35,035 nucleotides of DNA from an uncultured Sulfurospirillum sp. GTDB lineage: Bacteria; Campylobacterota; Campylobacteria; Campylobacterales; QNZT01. Where the stretch lies: the NCBI GenBank assembly GCA_964647715.1, contig CAZYJF010000001.1, forward strand, positions 1 through 35,035, read 5' to 3'. Each line of letters opens with the position of its first letter. Position 1 is the first letter of the stretch. Below, piece after piece: positions 1 through 8,074 of this stretch. Made by a program: the position numbers and the translations under genes. The notes beneath the pieces were generated by a model. That model searched no databases. It was not told the origin of the DNA and saw only the letters and a program-made list of their open reading frames with translations.

Positions 1-14
1 TTATACAAACACTT

Positions 15-1427
15 TTGGCTGATACAGTTGGGGTTGATATGAAACCTTGGACTTTAGCTACAAATGACATTGGTGTAAACGAATATAGCAGTGCTAGTGT
101 TAGCGATGAGATTGTAGCGAGCGAAAATCAAGTTGAACAAAGTAGTTTATCAAATGTTCAAGATAATCAAGTTATTACAATTGCAGAGTTAGCAAAAAGA
201 AATGATGAGCTTGCACAAAAAGAGAATCGAGTTGTAGAAAATAGTTTATCAAATGTTCAAGATAGTCAAGTTGTAGCAAGTGAAAATATTGTTCAAAGCA
301 GTAATGAGATTGTACAAAAAGAGAATCAAGTTGTAGTAAGTGATGAGATAGTTCACAGCAATAGTGAGCTTACACAAAATGAAAATCAAGTTGAAGTAAG
401 TAGTCAATCAAATGTTCAAGAGAATCAGGTTGTTACAAGTGATAAGATCGTTCAAAGCAGTGATAATCTTATACAAAAAGAGAATCAAGTTGAACAAAAT
501 AGTCTATCAAATCTTCAAGATAGACAAGTTGTTTCAAGTGAAAAGATAGTTCAAAGCAGTAATGAGCCTACAGAAAATGAAAATCAAGTGCTAGCAAGTA
601 ATGAGATCATCCAAAGTAGTAGTGATCTTAATCAGAAGAATGAACTTATTTTTAGCGAAGCGATAGAAGAGAGTTCTCAAGTTGCACAAAAGAGTCAATC
701 AAGTAGTACTCTTGATCCTAGTATAGTTCAAAAGGTTATTGAAGAGACAAAAAGACAAAAACAAAAACAGGTACATACAGATGATATGGAGTATAGCTAT
801 CCAAGCCAAGAGCTAAAAAAAAAATCTCATTCAATAGGTGATTTAATCACTAATGATGAAGAGGATATTAAGTCAATAAACTTAAAAGAAGAAAGAGATA
901 GCTTTTTTGCTCCGATAGTAGAGTTTATGAAGAGCTATCCTTGGCAGTTTGCATCTTTATTGCTTTTGAGTGGACTTTTTATCACATTTTTTATCATTTT
1001 ACCCTTTATAAGAAGTACTCAGCAAGATATGCAAAATGATGAGATTGATATCAGTGAGCATATTGTAAAGAAGGTTGATTCTAAACCTGAGGGGAAAGTT
1101 TTGGATTTTGCTCAGTTTAGTGAGTTAAGGGGTAGGTTAAATGAGTCATATATCTTTAAAAAAGAGGAGATTTTATTATCAAGTAAAATGAGTCAGGATG
1201 AAAAAGATAGAGCTTTGATGATGCATGAGTGGAAGTTTAATCAAATTCAAAATTACTCGCTTCCAAAATTAGATACAAGTGATGGGGCTAGATTTAAAGA
1301 GGGAGTGAATGATCTGCTTAGTGAAAAAGAGTCAAGAGAGATAGTTAGATCGTTTTTGATAGACTTGATTCATAATGACACACTTGATGAGAAAAGAAGA
1401 GAGTTTTTGAGAAACTCTCTATCTTAG
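15..1427 (+). CDS. Hypothetical bitopic membrane protein with an N-terminal degenerate tandem-repeat domain; possibly 5'-truncated by the window edge
   Basis: 470-aa ORF from TTG at 15. The frame has no stop back to nt 3, so the gene may start upstream of the window. ATG at 39, preceded by GGGG, is an alternative start. Residues ~29-210 are S/N/Q/E/V-rich repeats. There is one hydrophobic helix, WQFASLLLLSGLFITFFIILPFI (nt ~942-1010), followed by a ~140-aa charged C-terminal domain. I recognise no family. Confidence 0.6.
   Translation: MADTVGVDMKPWTLATNDIGVNEYSSASVSDEIVASENQVEQSSLSNVQDNQVITIAELAKRNDELAQKENRVVENSLSNVQDSQVVASENIVQSSNEIVQKENQVVVSDEIVHSNSELTQNENQVEVSSQSNVQENQVVTSDKIVQSSDNLIQKENQVEQNSLSNLQDRQVVSSEKIVQSSNEPTENENQVLASNEIIQSSSDLNQKNELIFSEAIEESSQVAQKSQSSSTLDPSIVQKVIEETKRQKQKQVHTDDMEYSYPSQELKKKSHSIGDLITNDEEDIKSINLKEERDSFFAPIVEFMKSYPWQFASLLLLSGLFITFFIILPFIRSTQQDMQNDEIDISEHIVKKVDSKPEGKVLDFAQFSELRGRLNESYIFKKEEILLSSKMSQDEKDRALMMHEWKFNQIQNYSLPKLDTSDGARFKEGVNDLLSEKESREIVRSFLIDLIHNDTLDEKRREFLRNSLS
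99..644 (+). repeat. In-frame degenerate tandem repeat array (99-nt/33-aa units plus 60-nt/20-aa short units) inside the first CDS
   Basis: ENQV/ENRV anchors fall at residues 37, 70, 103, 123, 156 and 189, giving unit lengths of 33, 33, 20, 33 and 33 aa. The unit consensus is roughly QKENQVxxxSLSNVQDxQVVxSExIVQSSNEIV. Identical 19-mers caaaaagagaatcaagttg occur at 315-333 and 474-492. Confidence 0.85.
1398..1420 (-). terminator. Hairpin, putative intrinsic terminator of the nadA-nadC operon, embedded in the 3' coding end of the convergent repeat-protein gene
   Basis: Arms AGAGAGTTT (1398-1406) and AAACTCTCT (1412-1420) form a perfect 9-bp stem with a 5-nt loop. On the minus strand the hairpin lies just past the nadC stop (1424-1426) and is followed by TCTTCTTTTCTC. 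Confidence 0.55.
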
Positions 1428-2245
1428 TTTTCAATTCTCATCGAAAAATCAAGCCATACTGCTTTGTGGATTAAACTTCCACTACTGATAGCATCTATTC
1501 CAGTTTTGGCATAGTCAATTAAGTTCTCTTTTGTGATGTTTCCACTAGCTTCCAAAAGAACATGTTTGAAGTTTTGATCTCGAAATTCGACTACTTCTTT
1601 TATCTCTTTTGGTTTCATATTATCACACATCACAAGATCACTTCCAGCCTTCATAGCCTCTTTTGCTGCTTCTATACTTTCACATTCGACTTCTATCTTG
1701 GAGGTGTAGGGAATCCTCTTTCTTGCTCGTTTGATAAATAGTGCTAGATCATCAATCGCTGCTAAGTGTGTATCTTTTAGCATCAGACAATCATCCAATC
1801 CAAATCTATGATTTGTTCCACCACCACATCTAACTGCATACTTTTCCATGATCCTAAGACCTGGTCTTGTTTTTCTAGTGTCTAGGAGTTTTAAATCATA
1901 GCCCTTGGTGAGTTTGACAAATTCAGCCGTGTTTGTTGCGATACCTGAGCAGTGTTGCATGATATTTAAGATGACTCTCTCATACATCAATACTCTCTCT
2001 ACTTCACCTCTAACATAGCAGATAATTTCGCCTTTTTTTATCTCATTGCCATCATATTTTAAAAACTCTATATCGATATGCTCCATAATGCCAAGCTCTT
2101 TGACATAGATCTTTCCCGCTAAAATCCCATCCTCTTTGGCTATGACTTTCGCTTCTACGATACGATGATCACTCACAAGTGAAAAGAGATCACCTCTTCC
2201 GATATCCTCTAATATAGCTTCTCTGACTATCTCTTTGATTCTCAT
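1424..2245 (-). CDS. nadC: Nicotinate-nucleotide pyrophosphorylase (carboxylating), quinolinate phosphoribosyltransferase
   Basis: 273 aa. QPRTase motifs are present: LLDTRKTRPGLR, CGGGTNHRFGLDD, MCDNM. It sits immediately downstream of nadA with an 8-nt gap. Confidence 0.95.
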   Translation of the reverse strand: MRIKEIVREAILEDIGRGDLFSLVSDHRIVEAKVIAKEDGILAGKIYVKELGIMEHIDIEFLKYDGNEIKKGEIICYVRGEVERVLMYERVILNIMQHCSGIATNTAEFVKLTKGYDLKLLDTRKTRPGLRIMEKYAVRCGGGTNHRFGLDDCLMLKDTHLAAIDDLALFIKRARKRIPYTSKIEVECESIEAAKEAMKAGSDLVMCDNMKPKEIKEVVEFRDQNFKHVLLEASGNITKENLIDYAKTGIDAISSGSLIHKAVWLDFSMRIEN

Positions 2246-2253
2246 AATCTACC

Positions 2254-3246
2254 TTAAAACTCAAACATACGATCTAAGGCTATTTTTGCCCACTTTGCTA
2301 CATCTTCATCAACTTGAATTTCTGTTACTATCTTATCTTCATCGATTGATACAAGGGTATTGTATAGATCTTGGAGTGTAGTTTCATTCATCGTAGGACA
2401 CTCTGGTTTTGTTGAGGAGAGTACATAAGTGTTCTCTTTTCTTAGTCTATTGACTAGATTAAACTCTGTACCAACTGCTACTTTTTGATCTTTTGGAAGA
2501 TCTTTGATGTATTTGATGATTTGGCTTGTGGAGCCTACAAAGTCTGAAGCTTGACAGACCTCTGGTGGACACTCTGGGTGAGTTATTATTTTGATACCTG
2601 GAAACTTTTTACGATAAAAATCTATATCGCTTACTTCAAAGAGTTGATGCACCGAGCAAAAACCGTTATAGCAGATGATATCAGCCTCTTTTGGATCACA
2701 GTCCTCACCGATAACACAAGACTTTAAGCCCATCATCAAAGCGACATTTTGTCCAAGCTGTTTATCTGGAACAAAGAGGATTTTTTTGCCACTTTCTAAG
2801 CCTTTTTCGATTATTTTCTTGGCATTTGAACTTGTGCAGACCATTCCACCCATTTTCCCAACTTCAGCTTTCACTTCGGCTGATGAGTTGATATATGTGA
2901 TAGGTAGAATATCCTCTTTTTTTACTCCACTCTCTTCAATAATCTTTACATTTTCAAGGTAGTATGGTTTATCGATCATTCTTGCCATCGCACAACAGGC
3001 TATCTTTGGCATCAAGACTCTTTTATTTGGGGATAAAATCTTTACACTCTCGCCCATAAAACCAACTCCACAAAAGATCAAAAATGGGTTTTCATCATCT
3101 TTAGCCATTTGAGCCAATTGCAGACTGTCACCCGAATAATCTGCCATTTCAAAGACTTCATCTCTTTGATAGTAGTGGGCGACTATCGTTACATTGTGCT
3201 TTTCTTTTAATCTTTGGATCTCTTTTTTTAAATCATCTTTATTCAA
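2254..3246 (-). CDS. nadA: Quinolinate synthase
   Basis: 330 aa. NadA-like three-repeat architecture with conserved Cys/His segments (CCAMARM, FCSVHQLF, THPECPPEV). TTG start preceded by GGAGAG. Forms an operon with nadC. Confidence 0.95.
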   Translation of the reverse strand: MNKDDLKKEIQRLKEKHNVTIVAHYYQRDEVFEMADYSGDSLQLAQMAKDDENPFLIFCGVGFMGESVKILSPNKRVLMPKIACCAMARMIDKPYYLENVKIIEESGVKKEDILPITYINSSAEVKAEVGKMGGMVCTSSNAKKIIEKGLESGKKILFVPDKQLGQNVALMMGLKSCVIGEDCDPKEADIICYNGFCSVHQLFEVSDIDFYRKKFPGIKIITHPECPPEVCQASDFVGSTSQIIKYIKDLPKDQKVAVGTEFNLVNRLRKENTYVLSSTKPECPTMNETTLQDLYNTLVSIDEDKIVTEIQVDEDVAKWAKIALDRMFEF

Positions 3247-3325
3247 ATCATCTCTCCATATATGATCTATTCATAACACTATAACAAAAAAAGTGATAAA
3301 ATAAAAGTAACGGAGGGTTTTTATA

Positions 3326-3940
3326 ATGGAATTTTTATCTAATATTAATGTACAATTTTATTTGATTGCTTACCTTGTAGGGAGTATTCCTTTTGGCTTG
3401 ATATTGGCAAAGTATTTTGCCGGAGTTGATATCAAAAGTGAGGGTAGTGGAAATATTGGAGCTACTAATGTGCTTAGAGTATTGAAGCAAAAAGATCCAG
3501 CACTTGCAAAAAAACTTTCGATTGCAACTTTACTCTTGGATATGCTAAAAGGTATAGTTGTATTGGCTATTGCAAAAATGATGGGGCTTAGTGAAGCAGC
3601 TTTGTGGGGTATTGCAGTACTTGCTGTTATTGGGCACTGCTTTAGTATCTATCTTCTTGGTGAGGGTGGTAAAGGAGTGGCGACTGGATTTGGAGTTTTG
3701 CTTTATATGATTCCTTATGCTGCACTAGTTGGTTTGGCAGTTTGGGCTTTTAGTGCAAAAGTTTTGAAGATTTCATCACTTGCCTCACTTCTTGGATTGT
3801 TGGCTGTGGTGATTGCTTCATTTTTTCTCTACCCAAATATCGTGCATACCCCTATCGTTATTATCGCATTGATAATACTATACAAGCATAGTGAAAATAT
3901 TTTTAGATTATTTAGTGGTGAGGAGGCAAAGGTCGTATGA
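3326..3940 (+). CDS. plsY: Acyl-phosphate:glycerol-3-phosphate acyltransferase
   Basis: 204-aa polytopic membrane protein with the PlsY signature GSGNIGATNVLRV. GGAGGG RBS upstream of the ATG. Confidence 0.93.
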   Translation: MEFLSNINVQFYLIAYLVGSIPFGLILAKYFAGVDIKSEGSGNIGATNVLRVLKQKDPALAKKLSIATLLLDMLKGIVVLAIAKMMGLSEAALWGIAVLAVIGHCFSIYLLGEGGKGVATGFGVLLYMIPYAALVGLAVWAFSAKVLKISSLASLLGLLAVVIASFFLYPNIVHTPIVIIALIILYKHSENIFRLFSGEEAKVV

Positions 3941-4272
3941 GATCACATAAGATATATATAGAAGATTTAAGAGTTAAAGCAATTATCGGGATTTTGGAAA
4001 AAGAGCGAGAAAAAGAGCAAGAGATCGTTGCAAATGTAGTGATTGAGTATATAAGAGAGAATGATTACTTCATTAATTATGCACATGTTGTAGCCTTGAT
4101 AGAGGAGAAGTTGATAGAGAAAAAATATGGACTTTTAGAAGATGCTATCAAAGATCTGATCTTGCATATCAAAGAGGATTATTTGCCAATCACAGCTATA
4201 AAGATGAAATTGTCAAAGCCTCAAATCATAGATAATTGTGTTGTGAGTGTTGAACTTTTTGAAAAATTTTAG
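3937..4272 (+). CDS. folB: Dihydroneopterin aldolase
   Basis: 111 aa. FolB-like N-terminus (IxDLxVxAIIGILEKEREKEQ). ATGA start/stop overlap with plsY. Confidence 0.8.
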   Translation: MRSHKIYIEDLRVKAIIGILEKEREKEQEIVANVVIEYIRENDYFINYAHVVALIEEKLIEKKYGLLEDAIKDLILHIKEDYLPITAIKMKLSKPQIIDNCVVSVELFEKF

Positions 4273-4332
4273 GGTGTTCTTAATTTTTTTTTAAAAAAGT
4301 TTTAAAATAATATTAAAGATTGAGAATTTTTG

Positions 4333-4341
4333 TGATACAAT
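4333..4341 (+). promoter_or_regulatory. Candidate extended -10 promoter element (TGaTACAAT) for the cosR operon
   Basis: TGATACAAT lies 38 nt upstream of the ATG at 4379 in an AT-rich spacer. AAGGAAG RBS at 4369-4375. Confidence 0.45.
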
Positions 4342-4378
4342 TACTTACGAAAATTAATTCTATAGATAAAGGAAGATA

Positions 4379-5050
4379 ATGAGAGTTCTCATTGTTGAAG
4401 ATGAAATAACACTAAATAGAACTTTAGTGGAAGGGTTACAAGAGTATGGTTATCAGGCTGATAGTTCTGAGAATTTTAAAGATGCAGAGTATTATGCTGG
4501 GATTAGAAATTATGATTTAGTATTGACTGATTGGATGTTGCCTGATGGTGATGGAGTTGATCTAGTGACTAATATCAAGCAAAAATCTCCTAGAACTGCT
4601 TGTGTCGTTCTCTCTGCAAAAGATGATAAAGAGAGTGAGATTAGAGCTCTTAAAGCTGGAGCTGATGATTATATCAAGAAGCCTTTTGATTTTGATATCT
4701 TGATAGCTAGGATTGAGGCGAGACTGAGATTTGGTGGAACAAATGTGATAGAGATAGGTGATCTTATCATCGATCCTGATGAAGAGAAGATAACCTATAA
4801 GGGGCAGGATATTGAGCTTAAGGGTAAACCTTTTGAGGTATTAACTCACCTTGCTAGACATAGAGATCAGATTGTCTCTAAAGAGCAGCTCTTAGATGCC
4901 ATATGGGAAGAGCCAGAACTTGTTACTCCAAATGTAATTGAGGTTGCTATCAATCAAATTAGGCAAAAGATGGATAAACCACTAAATATATCAACAATTG
5001 AGACGGTAAGAAGAAGAGGCTATAGATTTTGTTTTCCAAAAAGAGCATAA
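4379..5050 (+). CDS. cosR: OmpR-family response regulator, CosR/HsrA (HP1043) orthologue
   Basis: 223 aa. Canonical receiver domain (E7-D8, D51 in LTDWMLPDGDG, KP at YIKKPF). The winged-helix segment GKPFEVLTHLARHRDQIVSKEQLLDAIWEEPELVTPNVIEVAINQIRQKMDKPL...ETVRRRGYRFC matches, from memory, the H. pylori HP1043/HsrA and C. jejuni CosR DNA-binding domain almost residue for residue. The conserved RR-fdx-ppx synteny agrees. Confidence 0.85.
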   Translation: MRVLIVEDEITLNRTLVEGLQEYGYQADSSENFKDAEYYAGIRNYDLVLTDWMLPDGDGVDLVTNIKQKSPRTACVVLSAKDDKESEIRALKAGADDYIKKPFDFDILIARIEARLRFGGTNVIEIGDLIIDPDEEKITYKGQDIELKGKPFEVLTHLARHRDQIVSKEQLLDAIWEEPELVTPNVIEVAINQIRQKMDKPLNISTIETVRRRGYRFCFPKRA

Positions 5051-6381
5051 AGAGAAAATTTTTAATTCAGCTTATTATCGCATCGGCTACGCTGATAGCG
5101 ATATTTGCTATTATATTGTATAACTATATTCGTATTTCGATGATCGATGATATCACTAAAAATTTGGCGACAAGTGCCAAAGAGTATATCGCACAAAATA
5201 AGTTTTCTGATCCTTTTTCGAAAAAAGATAGATCTTTGATTCAAAAATATGGTCAAGATAAGATCAGTGTCGTGATAGATACATCTAGAAATAGGGATAT
5301 CTCATATGAGCAGACAAAAGTGGGCGATAAAGAGTACTTAAGTATTTATCATATATATGATAAGCCTAGAAGTTCGTATCTGAAGATACAAAGAGATATC
5401 ACAAGTACGAAAGAGTTACTGAGTAAAATACTAAAGAGTATTATCATTAGTTCATTGTTGGCACTCTTTTTGATCTTGGCATATGCGATGTTCTTGTCAG
5501 AGACTCTTTTGTATCCGATTAAGGCGATTACAAGACGACTTAGTAGGATGAATGAGAGTTTCTTAGAGCAGATTGATCTTGAAAATATGCCAGATGAGTT
5601 TGTACCTCTTGGCGAGAGTGTAAATAAACTAATCGATAGAATACAAAACTTTGTAAAGTACCAAAAAGAGTTATTTATAGGTACCGCTCATGAGCTTAAG
5701 ACTCCACTTGCAGTGATGAAAACCAAAAATGAAGTGACACTAATCAAAGATAGAGAACCAGAGAAATATAAAGATACACTTAGAATAAATAATCAATCTA
5801 TTGATGAAATGAATAAGATGATAAGTTCTATATTAGAAGTGGGACGACAAGAGGGAGCTCAGTTTGAAAGACCTGTTGAAGTTGATCTTGTTCAATTTTT
5901 AAAGGATAAAAGTAAAGATTTTGCTCTTTTGGCAAAGGGAGATTCTAAGAGATTAGAGGTTGATTTGGAGCCGGAGAAGTACTGTATCATCTCTCAACCT
6001 ACACTATTGACTCATATCTTGCAAAATTTTGTCCAAAATGCAATCAAATTTACTCCAGAGGGTGGAACAGTTAAGATAAAGAGTCGTCTAAATGGAGATG
6101 AATTTACAATCGAAATCCTTGATGAGGGTGATGGTATCGATGAGAGTAAAGATCTGTTTGCTCCATTTAAGAGAGAGGGCGATAAGGCTGGTGCAGGATT
6201 GGGACTATTTTTGGCTAAAGGTGCGGCAGATGCGATTGGTGCTGAGATATCTTTGAAAAATAGAAAAGATGGCAAGGGTGCTGTGGCAAAGATAGTCTTA
6301 AACTCAAAAAATTACTGTCCACTAGATGATGATCTAGAGAATATGAAGATTTCCATTTTCTCTCCTTTTAAGAGAAAATAG
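5029..6381 (+). CDS. cosS: Sensor histidine kinase, cognate to CosR (CosS-like)
   Basis: 450 aa from a TTG start that overlaps the cosR 3' end. Two TM helices flank a ~110-aa periplasmic loop. H-box AHELKTPLAV, N-box NFVQNAIKFTPEGG, G1 ILDEGDGID, G2 GAGLGLFLAKG. Confidence 0.88.
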   Translation: MFSKKSIKRKFLIQLIIASATLIAIFAIILYNYIRISMIDDITKNLATSAKEYIAQNKFSDPFSKKDRSLIQKYGQDKISVVIDTSRNRDISYEQTKVGDKEYLSIYHIYDKPRSSYLKIQRDITSTKELLSKILKSIIISSLLALFLILAYAMFLSETLLYPIKAITRRLSRMNESFLEQIDLENMPDEFVPLGESVNKLIDRIQNFVKYQKELFIGTAHELKTPLAVMKTKNEVTLIKDREPEKYKDTLRINNQSIDEMNKMISSILEVGRQEGAQFERPVEVDLVQFLKDKSKDFALLAKGDSKRLEVDLEPEKYCIISQPTLLTHILQNFVQNAIKFTPEGGTVKIKSRLNGDEFTIEILDEGDGIDESKDLFAPFKREGDKAGAGLGLFLAKGAADAIGAEISLKNRKDGKGAVAKIVLNSKNYCPLDDDLENMKISIFSPFKRK

Positions 6382-6387
6382 AGAAAG

Positions 6388-6609
6388 ATGGCTCTAAAGA
6401 TATTAGATGAGTGTATCGCTTGTGATGCATGTTATCAACCGTGTCCCACGGAGTCGATAATACCAGATGATCCTATCTATAGGATAGATTTTGATAGTTG
6501 TACTGAGTGTGTAGGCTATGCCAAAGAGCCTACATGTGTAGTTGCCTGTCCTGTTGATTGTATCATTGTCGATGAAGAACATCCCCTAAAAGAGAAAGAT
6601 CATGGCTAA
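6388..6609 (+). CDS. YfhL-type 2x[4Fe-4S] ferredoxin
   Basis: 73 aa. Motifs CIACDACYQPCP and CTECVGYAKEPTCVVACP. Starts 6 nt after the kinase stop and overlaps ppx by 8 nt. Confidence 0.9.
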   Translation: MALKILDECIACDACYQPCPTESIIPDDPIYRIDFDSCTECVGYAKEPTCVVACPVDCIIVDEEHPLKEKDHG

Positions 6610-8074
6610 GAAAACGGCAATTATTGATATAGGCTCAAACTCGATCTCGCTAGTAGTATATTTAAAAAGTTCAAGATTTGCTTTTACTTTGATAAACAAA
6701 TCAAGAGCAGGGGTGAGGATAGGAGAGGGTGCCTATGAGCATGGTGGAGTATTACAAGAAGAGGCTATGAATAGAGCATTTATAGCTCTAAAAGATCTTA
6801 TGAAAATCAGCTCCTCACTTAAGTGCCAAAAGGTTTTGACTGTCGCTACTTCTGCTTTGAGAGATGCTCCAAATAGATCAGTCTTTTTAAATAGAGTAAA
6901 AAAAGAGTTAAATCTTTCCCTTAAAGTGATTGATGGGAAAAAAGAGGCATATTTTGGTGGTGTTGCTGCACTTAATTTGCTGTTTGAATTAGACTCTTTT
7001 GTGAGTGTGGATATTGGTGGAGGTTCGACAGAGTTTGCCAAAGTGGAAAATGGTGTAATTGTTGATACTTACTCACTAAATCTAGGAACAGTCCGATTAA
7101 AAGAGCTCTTTTTTGATAAAAATGTAGAGATAAAAAAAGTAGAATCTTTTATTGATGAGGTTTTAGAGGAGCTTCCTAGTAGATTTAGGGCAGAGACGAT
7201 TGTAGGAATTGGTGGAACACTAAGGGCTTTGTCTAAGTCAATTATGCATATGCAAGATTATCCTATAGAGTCACTTCATGGATTTGAATATAGAGTCAAA
7301 GATCACATAAAATTTATAAAATCGATTCCTAGTATGAGTGATAAGGAGTTAAAAAAGGTTGAAATACCTTCAAATCGTATCGATACTATCAGAGAAGGTG
7401 TTGCGATATTTTACAGGATCTTAAAAAGATTTGAGAGCAAAAGAGTGATTGCTAGTAAAGCAGGTGTTAGAGAAGGGGTATATTTGAGTGATATTTTAAG
7501 AACTACTCATCATAAGTTTCCTCATAATTTTAATGTCAGTATAAGATCACTCATAGATCAATTTGCACTAAATCCAAAAAATTGCTCATATGTCCAAAGA
7601 TTGGCACATGATCTTTTTGATGTATTAAAACCTCTTCATAACTGTAAAGAAAAATACAAAAAGCTCATAGGATATAGTGCTAAATTATCACCGATTAACA
7701 GTAGGTTAAATATCTACTCAAATAGTGGTAATAGTTTTTATCTATTTTTGGAGTATTTAAACTTTGGTTTTAAACATGAAGAGAAGTTGTTGATAGCACT
7801 CTTGTTAAATATCTCCTATAAGCAGAAAAAAAGAGCAAATGAGTATAAAAGGTATAAAGAGTTACTGCCTGAACAGGATACATTTACTTGGTTGTTTTAT
7901 ATCTTGGCTATAGTAAGGGCAATTAATGCAAACAGACATATTCAAAAGGTCTCTTTTGCTTTAGTTAATGATAAGAGTTTAGAGATTTATATGGAGGATG
8001 ATTCTATACTGACAAGACAGAAGTTGCAGAAGTTAGAATTACCTTTTGAGGTAACTCTAAAACTTTCTTCCTAA
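6602..8074 (+). CDS. ppx: Ppx/GppA family exopolyphosphatase / pppGpp phosphohydrolase
   Basis: 490 aa. ASKHA-fold motifs IDIGSNSISLVVY and VDIGGGSTEF, with a C-terminal HD-like helical domain. Confidence 0.9.
   Translation: MAKKTAIIDIGSNSISLVVYLKSSRFAFTLINKSRAGVRIGEGAYEHGGVLQEEAMNRAFIALKDLMKISSSLKCQKVLTVATSALRDAPNRSVFLNRVKKELNLSLKVIDGKKEAYFGGVAALNLLFELDSFVSVDIGGGSTEFAKVENGVIVDTYSLNLGTVRLKELFFDKNVEIKKVESFIDEVLEELPSRFRAETIVGIGGTLRALSKSIMHMQDYPIESLHGFEYRVKDHIKFIKSIPSMSDKELKKVEIPSNRIDTIREGVAIFYRILKRFESKRVIASKAGVREGVYLSDILRTTHHKFPHNFNVSIRSLIDQFALNPKNCSYVQRLAHDLFDVLKPLHNCKEKYKKLIGYSAKLSPINSRLNIYSNSGNSFYLFLEYLNFGFKHEEKLLIALLLNISYKQKKRANEYKRYKELLPEQDTFTWLFYILAIVRAINANRHIQKVSFALVNDKSLEIYMEDDSILTRQKLQKLELPFEVTLKLSS

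Noticed and set aside
99-644. Possibility that the periodic ~99-nt repeats are a CRISPR array or a non-coding satellite.
   Set aside because: The repeats are in frame within a long ORF and are degenerate at the DNA level, but they conserve an amino-acid pattern. There is no alternation of constant repeats with unique spacers.
4284-4298. T9A6 palindrome (TTTTTTTTTAAAAAA) after folB as a terminator or regulatory hairpin.
   Set aside because: An AT-only stem has negligible stability. It is more likely just part of the AT-rich promoter-upstream region of cosR.
8036-8057. Hairpin GAATTACC-ttttga-GGTAACTC at the ppx/bamA overlap as a terminator.
   Set aside because: The stem has an internal A-C mismatch, giving 5+2 bp, and no U-tract on either strand. 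It is too weak to call.
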